A DNA stretch of 57,402 nt, counting the filler, from Sphacelaria rigidula (lineage: Eukaryota): NCBI GenBank assembly GCA_964200075.2. It is 4 parts of 4 records of this genome, joined end to end, with 100 filler letters (N's around TTAATTAATTAA, not from the genome) between each part and the next. Parts side by side here need not be neighbours in the genome. Positions count along the whole stretch, not along the records: positions 1 to 14,277 come from CAXNAA020002340.1; positions 14,378 to 28,653 come from CAXNAA020002341.1; 2 more parts are not named here. One strand, written 5' to 3'. Position numbers and translations under genes: made by a program. Shown here in pieces: positions 12,001-23,265 of this stretch. Under the pieces are notes generated by a model, which saw only the letters and a list, made by a program, of their open reading frames with translations, ran no database searches and was not told the origin of the DNA. Within the stretch, counting starts at the first letter, position 1. Each line of letters starts with the position of its first letter.

Positions 12001-13806
12001 ATTGTAACGCCGTAGGGCTTCAAAAGACCCAGAGACCAGACAGGATTCAGTTTGTTGCGGCAAGATACGACGTTTTCTACTGCGGGGTGGGAGGGGGCAA
12101 AGGAACGGCTGGACAATATGGGGTTGGGTTGTCGTCAAGAAATCCTTGATCGATGTCACTTGCTTTGATTTTGGACACCGAGATTCGGATCTATGGTGGG
12201 GCCAACAGTCTCAAATCCTTCCTGGCGTACGCAGAACGCGTTTTTGTCCGAATCAGCGCCGCAAGCGTCAATTCGAGGTCTTGTTAACGCACACTGTACC
12301 TGGGGAACTCTTTACGGCAACCTTGCCCGAGGGTTTTCGATATGCCTTAGGTTGGGGTTAGGGTTAGCGTCAGCGTTATTTTTTTAATGTGCCAACCACG
12401 GAGAGAATGGTGCCAAATTGGGACAAACCCACAGGACGAGCGGTCGCTGGTACACGTTATCCGCATTTTGCAGCTTCCCGGGGTTATCGGCAGGTTATCA
12501 GCATGCGTACAGCGTGACCCGGGTTGCTAAACACATGTCCCAGGATATAGGCGGGTTTACAGTGGATGCATGACGCGACAACGCGTGCGATCACAAGCCT
12601 GTTCATACTGTACGCACGTGTTTGAACTCATCCACAATGTACGATAACGTAAACACACTCCAAAATGCGGACAACGTGTACCGGCGGCGTATACTTCCCT
12701 CTTGTGGGGAACTGACGGGGATGAATCATTTGTGGTTGACGGAAGGCCAGCGGAAGCGCCGCGCTGCTGCCAAGCATCGCTCGGGAGGGGCACCTGCATG
12801 ATTCCACTGCACTGTGGTACGCAGTGCGTCATTACGGTGTTGTGCAGGCGTGTGATAGCAAGACGTTTCACAGATCCTCAAATCTTTGTGATCTACCCGC
12901 AGCATACCCGCTCACACCCTGCACACTTTTGGGTCTGCGAAGCACAGCAGCAAAATGCAATTTCAAGATTATTTGCTCGTCGGGCTTTTCGGCCTTTTCG
13001 GGAAGGTGTAGATAGGCAAAATGGGGGTACGTTTGAGGTTGTTCGAGATGCCCTCTACTCAGCCCGCAGGAAGGTCATTGGTGAACAAAATGGGGGTTAT
13101 ATGTGAACAAAATAGGGTACCCCACGACTCTTTAGCTGAAAGGGGGTGTGCCCCCCGCGGGTTTGTCGACAAAACGGAGTTTTCCATCAAGCTCACCTTT
13201 TCCGCGCTCTAGTTATCCCTGTTCCCCTCTGTCGACAAGAACAAAACTTGGGCATGCTGCACCTTCGGCGTGGGGCCGAGGCGCTGAAACGTGTTACAGA
13301 GGTGCCCCGCCGGTGTGCAGAGATGCGCTCAGCCAAAAAAAAAGTGTGCAACCTCATGTATCCCTAAAATCACGGGGTATACCCCCACCTTGTCTACAAG
13401 CCAAAAAGTTACCCGTTCTCACGGGGCGTCTCTTTTATTTTCCCGTTACACGTCACGGGACGACCCGTCCGGGCCTCGAGGGACATGTCGTAAACGGGAC
13501 AGGATATTCCCGTCAAATCTCGGCGGGTCTTGGAGTACAGAAAGTTCGTGCAGTACACAAGTCAGTACAGCAGTACACCAATCAGTACTGTGCTGTAATA
13601 TATAAGCTGTCGAAGTACCATCAGCTACAATAATGGTATCGATGTGACAGTCATTGCTGTACTGTAGCATCAATAAGCTATCGAAGTACTGCTACCAGCT
13701 GCTGTGTCAGCCTCGATCCGTTGCCGGGGACCTTGTAAGGATGCGTTGGATAGAGGGTTGGTGTTTGCTCACCATCTCGGGGGTAAATTGACATATTCGA
13801 ACTTTC

Positions 13807-14003
13807 CAAGAGCAGGTCAGATAGGGTATACCCGATACTCGGTATTTATGAAAAGTCATACTCTGAGTACCCCCAACATTTGGGTAGAGTATTGAAATCA
13901 TACCCAAACTACCCAAAATTTGGGTCAAGTACTTCAGATCATACTCAACATACCCAATTTTTGGGCAGAGTATTGAGATCATACCCAAGTGACACTCTAT
14001 ATA
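13807..14003 (+). mobile_element. Truncated copy of the MITE at 25097-25575
   Basis: CAAGAGCAGGTCAGATAGGGTATACCCGATACTCGGTATTTATGAAAAGTCATACTC aligns by eye with the left end at 25097; internal ACCCAA...TTGGGT units are shared. Confidence 0.7.
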
Positions 14004-14277
14004 GAACCTCTCATTCAAAGTAGCTTGGGTTGTTCGGGGGGGGGGTTCGCGTACTACCCTCCGATAGAACTCGAAAGTGCTAGCGTCAGCAGATTTTGAT
14101 AAAATGAACAGGGCGTAATCAAAACACAGTGCCCGAGTTAGTATCAGTTGGTATTATCGGGCGATACGAGTAGAAACCCCGTTTTTCATGAGGGTGTTTT
14201 TGACCGTGAAACACAGGACCGACGCCCGGATGGGTAGGGTGACTCGTGTACAGAGTCGAGCTAGGGGACATTGTAGG

Positions 14278-14377
14278 NNNNNNNNNNNNNNNNNNNNNNN
14301 NNNNNNNNNNNNNNNNNNNNNTTAATTAATTAANNNNNNNNNNNNNNNNNNNNNNNNNNNNNNNNNNNNNNNNNNNN
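14278..14377. other. Artificial contig linker (N44-TTAATTAATTAA-N44)
   Basis: Directly visible; six-frame stop linker at 14322-14333. Confidence 0.98.
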
Positions 14378-14449
14378 CACGTGTCTGGGCTACGTGTACC
14401 TGGGTTGCAACGCTGAAATAAAGCCTCGGGATTGATTCGTCACGAGTCG

Positions 14450-14510
14450 ACTCACAATACTAAAACCAAGTAATTTCCAGACGAATCAACATTTGTCCGA
14501 CCCTTGGAAT
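14450..14510 (-). repeat. Terminus of a dispersed (probably TIR) element running off the contig start
   Basis: Near-identical reverse complement of 28590-28647. Confidence 0.75.
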
Positions 14511-15554
14511 CTATTGCCTGCGGAAGAGAGAAATGCGCTCAAAAAAGGATATACGGTCGTCAGTTGAAGGGCCGGGGGGAAGGCTATCTGCACTTGCGAC
14601 GAGACGACGTGACAGTTCAACACGGGCACCAAGCCATTATTAAATCACCAGTCTTGGAAACCCCCGATCGTCAGCAGTGGTGGGACCACGGGGGATACAA
14701 AATGATAATGATGAGAGTGGTGGTGACTGCTCCAAGCGCTAGTATGGTGAGGCTGATGAGCGTTCCTTTCAGTAGCCATGGAATGATGGAAACCGACAGC
14801 ATTGATCGGGAAACGCTCGACGTGATGTCTTTGTCTTCGTGACAAGGTTGCGAACCGTGCTGATCGTTTTAACCAGGGTTAACGATCTGGAGATGATTCT
14901 TCAGTGAAACATATATCTCATTTCCGGAAAGTAGTTTGGAGCTCACCCCCCCCCCCTCAAAAGAGTCAAAGGCCGACGCAGTTGCAATATATGTTGTATT
15001 GGTTTCATACCGTACCGTGGTAGCAACGGTTACTGTCTAATTTTATTGCATATTTTTGCAAAGTACGGCTTTCTCCCTCCGATTTGCAGTTGAAGTCCTT
15101 CCGAATTGTTCGTTCTTCAGGGTACAGTATTTGAACGACCAGTGAGGCGGAAAGGAGATACGTGTAGTGGACAGAGATATGGATATATCGCCGCACCTTG
15201 CAACCTAGGAATCATTGATTGCCGTACGTCAGGTTTTTATCGTATTATTCCCTTGATATGGTGGCCGTATCACACATGATCATTCATACGTAGCTGTGAT
15301 TTTGTTGAGAAAACGAAGATTCCGCCGCGTTTTCTAGCGAGGCCGTTCATATTTCGGCATGTTATCCTTTGCAGCCAGAGCACAAGTGCTAGTGCTAGTC
15401 CACCGATACTTCCGGCCCTGCCACCGACGGGTCTGTCGTGCATGTACAAGTGTTCCCCATGTTTCGCATGCTCGACGATAAAGCATTCCCACCGAGAGAC
15501 AGAGTATTTTTACTCAGCAACACGTGTAGTCTTTTTCTTCATTATTTTGAACTA

Positions 15555-16156
15555 TTCTAGCCGCCGCGCCCCAGTGGTGTAAGGCTCCGACTGTCACCAT
15601 TAGGGTGAAGACAACGAGGGTTCGATTCCCGATGCGTCGGGGTTTTTCTTCGCAATGTCTGATTTCCATCGTGGAAAGCGTGAGAACGCGAGTAAACAAA
15701 GTAGTCGAATGATTTGTTTGACGTGAGCTGACGCGGTGCGGGAGTGGTGATAGTCATGACCCAATCCGCAAGACCAAAACGCAAGGCGTGTACTGGGGGA
15801 AAGATGGGCTGATCCCTTGAGACCATGGACTTATCCCGAGGAAGGGGGGGATTCAAAGTGCGGCAAATAAGTGAAGAAAAAGATGAAAATAATTCCCATT
15901 CCTCAAAAGGAGGGACTCCGTGGTCTCAAGAGATCAATCACACCCATTTCTTTTCCGAAACTCGCCAGACACTTTGGTATCGCATACTGTACTGGATTAG
16001 CACTCCCCCGCCGTGTCGACTCTAGCTTGATTTTTGCTTGTACATGGTCGCGTTCTCACGCGTTCAACGACGGAACAAGATTCTGTCATCAAACCACGCA
16101 TCGGTCAAAATTATAACCTTCATTCTTCCGCCTTAGTTTTTGCTGTATGGCTAGAA
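15555..16156 (+). mobile_element. tRNA-headed SINE-like repeat with an inverted copy of its 5' region at the far end
   Basis: A-box-like TGGTGTAAGG (~15574) and B box GGTTCGATTCC (15619-15629). Body shared with 17960-18295. Segment 16040-16156 is a degenerate reverse complement of 15555-15695. Confidence 0.55.
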
Positions 16157-16247
16157 CGCCGGGATTGCGACGGCGTATGCAGGGCTATTACATGACACGT
16201 GCTGTTCGGACTCTGTGCCTGGCTGTTCCTGCCGTGATGAAACATAG

Positions 16248-19200
16248 TTCGGCGCGGTACCGGTGACACCCCGCAACATGTACCGCCTCTTGGAAAGAGG
16301 AGATAACGTGCTGCTCTTCCCTGGAGGAGTTAGCGAAGCCTACCACAAGAAGTGAGTGCTGCGACGACTGACAAAAACCGTGGGGGCACGTGTGCACGTT
16401 TTGAAGCAACCACGCACGGTTGGGGAGAGGGACGGGGGGCAGGTTGACCGGTTCGCTGTATATTAGGAGCGAAGGGGACGGACGCTGCCGCTGCATTGTT
16501 CATACTCTAGTACAGAGGCATGCATCGGTTACTCTGCTCACGTTTCAAGTTTTCGGAAGGTAGCCTCGTTTCTAATCTTCTGTACGACTGTCTTCCATGT
16601 GACTCTAGTAAAAATGTTTCTTTTTGTGTTTCCGGCTTTGGACAAGTTACTCTACTATTGTCATGTACTTGAACGTAATCCTAGCTCTGCGTTTGTTTTC
16701 AGGGGAGAGGAATACAAACTGTTTTGGCCTGAAAAGGGGGAGTTCGTGCGGCTGGCTGCGGCAGCTGGATCCGGTGCTGTGATCATTCCGTTTTCAGCCG
16801 TCGGCATAGCGGACAGGTAAGACCAAATGCTGCAGCTGTAGTCGCTGTGTGCGGACGTGAAAGAAGCATTTGTGGTGGTTCGTGATGTTCTAAACCATTT
16901 GCTTCTGTATTGATTGTTTATTGTTTATTGTTACCGGTTTATCATTTTGTTTCGGCGCTCGTTCGCTTTTCTGCTGAGATTCATCCGCTGTTTTATACCC
17001 TTTATCATTTACACATCCGCTCATCTGTTGTTGAACTCGTTGATTCATTTTGGTTCGCTCACGTGATTCTGGGCGATGGATTATATCCCTCCCCCCATGG
17101 AGTGGTGAAGTGGCGTGGCTTACCGATGAGATGAAGTGCAAAGGAAATGATGTCATGTCACATCACGTCCTACACCGCACGCGAGCATGGAATCAGAGAT
17201 GATCTGACCCGAGACGGGTCTAGACTATTACTCTTGTATTACAGTACTGATTAGAACATCTCGTCGAGGAGGTTCTTCATGTCTTTCCCCCCACGATGGC
17301 GCTCACACAGACTGGTGACACGAATTGCCGAACCTCAACTCTTCCAGACTGTGCTCCGGATACCGTGAAATTGACACATGATAATGGTACTTAACTACAT
17401 GTCCACCTGTTTGATCGATTGCACTGATTCTGTCCATTTGCGTTCAATTGGCGAAGCGTGTTTTGGCCTGTTGATTGATTGAGTGATTGATTGATTGTCG
17501 CACTTTAACTGACCCCCCCGGTGTCCAGCCGCGGTCTCATTGCGCCACGGTAATTTTCACCTACAATGTCTTCTTTTTTTGCCATGTACCGGTGACGTTA
17601 AGGTGTATTGTAGTGAATCGAACTAGGATCGCAGTGGTTGTGGGGGGAAAGGGGTTGTTGAAGGGGGAAAGGCATATTACAATTTGTGCGAGAAGGTCGT
17701 GTATCCTGCATACGAACGAGGTTTGCATTGGCGAGGTTATATTGTACTATTTTCGGGCACGATATTTCAAAATAGCGAGAGGCAGGCTGTCATCTTACTA
17801 CATAGAAAAATGTAAGTAGCTCCCGATCCTTTCCTCGATAAACGATGTATAAACACTGTAGTCGCAGCGTCCGACATCTTCTCTCTTGCCGGGCACACAC
17901 TCGTCAGATAATCAAGCAGTGGGCAGCTGTGCACTCGACACGAGACCGAATATCTTCGACCCGATGGTTCAATGTTACATCTTTTACCATGAGGTCGGAA
18001 AACGTGGGTTCAACTGCCAGTATTTCAGATGCGTTTAGTTTGGGTCGTCTCGTGTGCGAAATATCTATTTTCTAAGTTGTGTCGTTCAAAACGTGAGGGG
18101 GTGAGGATAAATGTTAAATCCGGTATCTCCACGAGAGTTGACGCGGTGCGGGAGTGCTGATAATACTATAGTCATGATCCAATCCGCTATACTGAAATGT
18201 ATCGTCAGGCGTGTACCGAGGGAGAGATGGGTCAATCTCCCGAGATCCGAGGTTGAGATTGTGACGGAAAAAAAACCCACATGTTTTCCCCACTGGTGAA
18301 TGTGTCAAAAAGCACTTTAGTCCGCTTGTTTTGCGCGCGGGCATTACACGTGGGCAGCGTTCGTTCCTGGTTCGAGCATGATCGGCTGCCGTCGACAACC
18401 TAGTGATCCAAGCGTATTCCTTGTTCCGTTTCTTGTTCGGCCGCTCTTGATTTTGAAAACTATGCATTGGCGTTGGCAGTCTGGAGATGGTGCTGGACGG
18501 AGATGAGGTGCTGAATATTCCGTATATAGGAAATCGCCTCAAAGAACGCAGCGCCGGTATTCCAACTGCACGAGGTGAACAACAGTGACCGATTTTTCAA
18601 TGAACGGGTAAAGGTCGTGGCGCGCTAGCATCCCGTAAAAAAGATGGGCTCTGAGTTGTTGTGCAAATGTGTCAAGTCGTGTCACGCTTGAATTTGAAAT
18701 TCGGTGTCATGACGCACAAGCCTTGTCCACCGCAGTGTCTGCTGCACCGGCTCCCACCTCTTCTCCTTGTGTGTCGTGTGTCGTGTGATGTGAACAAACT
18801 TACTTCTCGCGGGGGCAGGCGGTGCAAGGTGGCTATAGACGCTGCTTAGCCTCACGTATCAACAGTATTCAGCCAAACCAAAGTCAGAGATGAAATGGAA
18901 TGTGCAGCTGCAATTGTACCCCTTTCACCAACTAAAAATGAAGGATATATATATATTGCCGCTCAGTAGCAGGCACCCCGAACCCGCACACTCGCCCACC
19001 TGCCCATCATTGTCTCCTTTGTGCCCTCTACAGGCGGTGGATCGAAAGAGCAGTTTGTAGCCCCGGTGGTGTTGCCCAAGCTTCCGTCGCGCGTCTATGT
19101 ACGTTTCGGCCAACCGATAAGCCTCGACGGCGTTAAAAAGAGCGACAGAGACACCTGCCAGCAGATCTACGAAGATGTGAAGGTTAGATCGTAGCGGAAC

Positions 19201-20500
19201 TTCGTTCTTTGTTTGCGAAACTCCATTCTCTGCCCACCCAGACATTTCCTTCTTCTTCCTCGTTCTGAAGTATTGATGGTAGGGACGAGCACCGTAGACA
19301 ACGTTGGGCTTATGTGCAAAAAATTGAACATTTGCGCCTGTTTCTAGCATGCCCGTTTCTCACATGATTACCGTTTGTGTGGTTTTGGTTTGCTTGTCGA
19401 GGTGACGCGGCCAGTTTCTCTCCCGGGATACGCACCATTCTATGATTTGGCTACACTAAATTTTGCTCGTTCGATTCATCCTGATGTTTGCCGTTCTCAG
19501 TACGTGGCGTTTCATGATTGTTTGCTGCGTTAGGCATACATACAATGTTTTTCGGCGTGGATTCCTGAGTCTGATCATGTCTTTTGGAGCTATTATATGG
19601 TCCAACGCGATGAAAATCGGTACGCTGCTGACACGACAGAGTAGTCGATCTACTTGATGTGTTCATTCACGTTGCGTTACGAATCCCCGCACGAGATGAT
19701 CTGCTCGCTTTTGCCGAACGATATGCCCGCCCCCCTCCCCGCCTTCCGGTTCGAAATGTGATGGATTCATGAATCATGGTGAAACTTGCTCACTCGATGC
19801 AATTAGCTCAGTGAGAGCGGGTTTCCTCTTTAAGGCAAAACCTATCAAGCGCTATGACGATAGAACCCTGAGGTGTGGAGGCGATGACCACGTGAGTCAG
19901 AGGGGTAGGCCCCTGGGGAAAAGGTGCGTGTTCGTCCTTGTGTGTATGTGAAGGCGTGGAGTCGGGTAAGACGCACAAGTGACGGGAGGAGGTAGACCTG
20001 TAGGCTTGACTATCATCGGAGTATGACGACACTACAGTAGAGAAAACGGAAGATGATCCGAGGTGACGGAACATCCATTTCACGGGAACATCCCAAGAAG
20101 CCTGCGGAGAGACGATATCTCCCCGTATCCGTGAGTGTGTGTTTGGGACACGAATCTGTCTGCTATGGATTTTTGTGCCTCAATCCCCCCCTCCCCCCTC
20201 CCCTCCGCTCTTGCTTTTAATCTTACCCACCGTTTTACACAGGGCGAGGTGGAATTGGGCATAGAGTCTCTCCTCAAAGCAAGGGAGTCTGACCCATATT
20301 TGGATCCCACCAAAAGGCTGTTGTATGAGCGCCTTAGAGGGGAGCCGGCACCGACATTGGAACCGGCAGTGCTCGATGGCGCAGTTGCTAGAACGAGATT
20401 GGTCATGGATGGTAAAAAGAGACGAAAACGGTCAGCAAAAACCCAAGAAGAGGAAGAGCAGGGGGACAACGTCAGAGAAAAAGCTGGCAGTGTACAGTAG
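16248..20500 (+). CDS. 5'-partial phytyl ester synthase / esterase-lipase-thioesterase (PES/ELT)-type acyltransferase with DAGAT/LPLAT C-terminal domain; exons 16248-16351, 16703-16816, 18480-18574, 19034-19182, 20243-20500
   Basis: All introns are GT-AG with matching phases (2,2,1,0). The spliced product FGAVPVTPRNMYRLLERGDNVLLFPGGVSEAYHKKGEEYKLFWPEKGEFVRLAA...IIPFSAVGIADSLEMVLDGDEVLNIPY...PKLPSRVYVRFGQPI...IYEDVKGEVELGIESLLKARESDPY is colinear with the C-terminal region of plant PES1/PES2 proteins as I recall them. Confidence 0.9.
17960..18295 (+). mobile_element. SINE-like repeat in an acyltransferase intron (same family as 15555)
   Basis: B-box-like GGGTTCAACTGCC (~18006). Core GAGTTGACGCGGTGCGGGAGTG...ATAGTCATGATCCAATCCGC...AGGCGTGTAC is shared with 15725-15825. 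Confidence 0.6.
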
Positions 20501-21789
20501 CGCCATCAGTACATTAGTCTGTAGACCCAATTTTGAAGTGTTGTGGAGAGTCTTGTACATGCGGTGTACGCGCGTTTGGTGCATGTTTGGAAGGATGGTT
20601 GAGGCTTGGTGATGGTGATGTTGGGGCGTGTTAGAGTTTTCTGCCAAAAAAAACTACCCTTCGCTTGATTTGAAACCCGTTGTTGATATAACTCGCTATT
20701 CGAATTCGCATTTGTTTAAGCAAATCTTGAACTGCGAAAAAAAAAGGTAGCAGGATTCGCTTGGCTAGGTACAGGACGGACAACAGCTACGGAAAGTTAG
20801 AAGCAACGTGTCAACCACTTTCTCCGTGAAATTGCAAGTGGTCAGCAGCTGTGTGTATTGAATTCAGTAAAAAAAAAATCCCATGAGACATCAGCATGTC
20901 TGCCTCGCGCAATATTGCCGTCTTACAAGCTCACTTGTGAATATCATGCCGTCGGCTCGCCGGTCACATGCTTGAGATGTGTGTGGTAGTATGCTGCGTG
21001 CTCATGCCCGGGTCCTGGGTTGCACAGAGCATGCCATCGGTTCAACGAGCGATTATCGCACATTGTATCTTCATACCCGACCTTTGACGTTGCGGGCCAA
21101 TCAACGGTGTTGTGTGGGTGGGTACTGCGGTTTGGTACCGCACGCTGTAGTGACTGTGCTCCTGATGCAGCTATCTCCGGGGAGCTTCCTCAATTTACAG
21201 GTCTCAACTCTCGAGTTTGTAGCGAAAAATCAGTGGTGGCTCTCTTTGTTTTCTCTCGCTGGGACTGTTTTGTCAATCGTTGATGTCAGATCATGCAGCA
21301 ACGAGTGCAACTTGCATGATCTTCGACAAAATTTGTAACATCTACCGTGACCACGTGTTCAGACAATTTCACCATAGTCGGAATAGGTACGCCAGGCCCT
21401 CGATTCAGAAAGGGGTACGAGGACGCGAGCCGTATTTGACTACTTAAGAGCATACGACGTGCCCCGTTGATGTCATCTTCGAAGATCAGCAAAGTGCCGG
21501 GAATAACAGAAGACGTCGTGCAGTCACGCTGAGATTTGACTGGCAAGCCCCAAGCATAAAGCGATTTGCTCCTTGTACATCGATCAGACCTTGGACGTCG
21601 GGGTTCTTGTTTGGACTCCTCACGCCTTCAGCCCATGGGTGTTCATGTTTCCCTGTGTATGAGGTGTCTGATGCACACCATGCCAGTTGGCACGTTGAAA
21701 GATGAGGAATTTTCTTGCTCTTGCACTGCAAATAATTCACGCTCGACGGAGACCTCCCTCCTTCCAGTGTCCGTCGTGTCACTGGGTTG

Positions 21790-22900
21790 TTAGAATAATA
21801 GTTGCCTGTACGTGTCTGTTGTGTTCGACTCCATGTAGGCATGTACGTATGCATGCATGCATCATGCAAAACAACACATTCATGGTTTCCACCTGGGCCA
21901 GCCAGGCGTAGGAAAACTGGCTTATCATATGTACTGTGGGGAATTCAACTTGAACTTGAACGCAAATGCTCTTTTACATCGTTGCCACAAAACGGCCGTA
22001 TACGTTCTCGACGGGATAGGGGGCTTATCAGTAAACAGTTACTACACACACGTGACACTTTTGGTCATTCCAGCCCTCCCCACCGCCTTGACATCAAAAG
22101 ACCAGCGTGCACCAGTCCAGATGAGCCTAATGCCTCGCTTCTCGATTGAACTTGGTCGCCCACCATACACTGCACACAACACACACCGCACGAATCAAAA
22201 CTCTCCGTGCGGGGGCAAAACGAAATCATGGTGCACCGTGTACTCAAAGGGATCTACTTCACTCAGCTAGTCCAGGTACAGAACAACGAGCCATGCTAAA
22301 TATTTGGGTCGATCCATTCCCCTCTCCTCCCGTATGCCACATGTCGAATGAAGCCCCCAACCCGAACTCTTGCTCAAAACCAACGCCATCGTCTTCAATC
22401 CTTCGCTCAGACACCGGAAAAGACGGTATGGTACAAGTTGCATCGTCAGACCGCTCTCAACTGGTTCGAGTCGTCATGCTTACTCGAGACGTGTCGCTCA
22501 CAACAATTTCCATATCGCTTTTCCGATCAAAAGCCCTCGAACCCCATAATCTTTTCGCTCAATGCTGCAAAGCTCTTCCGTGCATATTGAAACACGTGGC
22601 ACCCGTACAACATCCGAAATCCGCGGCTCAACGCCGCAAAAAAAAGCATGGCAAAATTTCGCCTCGCCAACCTCCTCCAGTTGCACTCCGATCATTTTCA
22701 AGACATTCACTGAAGGAAGGCTTGTGCGTCGAAGTAAAGTCCCACCCGTTCGCGTCAGCGCGCAAAAGATCGGATAGAATCACCTCGCAGTCCAAGAATA
22801 AAAAATCGTGTTCCACGACGGATCCCAGCCGCGAAAGTCCCGACATGACAAATACACCTCTATACGTCAAAGACACATGGCATGCTGCAGTTCATCACTG
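21790..22900 (+). pseudogene. Possible decayed Crinkler/RHS-type P-loop NTPase remnant
   Basis: ORF 21857-22270 has GFHLGQPGVGKLAYHMY (Walker-A-like), TAVYVLDG (Walker-B-like) and MPRFSIEL, in the order expected for CRN/RHS NTPases. The region is heavily disrupted. Confidence 0.3.
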
Positions 22901-23265
22901 CCAGTGGCCTCAACAGTTGGGTTCCTGACGTGTTTCGACTTCCACTACACAAACTTATGCTAATACTATAGTAATTCTATGAAGGCAATCATCAAAAACA
23001 GGTGGAACATGTGTGCGTCTCTTTTGATCCAAGAACCACGAAATATCGCTGGAGTTCATGAATCTCGAATTCGCCTCTCAACGCCGAGGAGAAAGGACGA
23101 CAATTGAACTTTATATCGACAGCCTCTTCAGCGACTCTTTTCCAGACTTTTACTAGAGTCCCGCTGAAGTTACGCATGCTAAAAGCAAAAGAACACAAGA
23201 AAAGACCCGGGAAATCTAGATTGTGATTTTAGTTATTTGAATCCCAACCCGCGAATGCCCAAAAT

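Noticed and set aside
9200-13500. Several 100-190 aa ORFs (e.g. 10798-11373, 11717-12007, 12702-13106)
   Set aside because: No recognisable domain or consistent splice model; may be decayed repeats, so left unannotated.
14322-14333. TTAATTAATTAA as a biological motif (also in the other two gaps)
   Set aside because: It is centred in identical N runs and is a six-frame stop linker added during concatenation.
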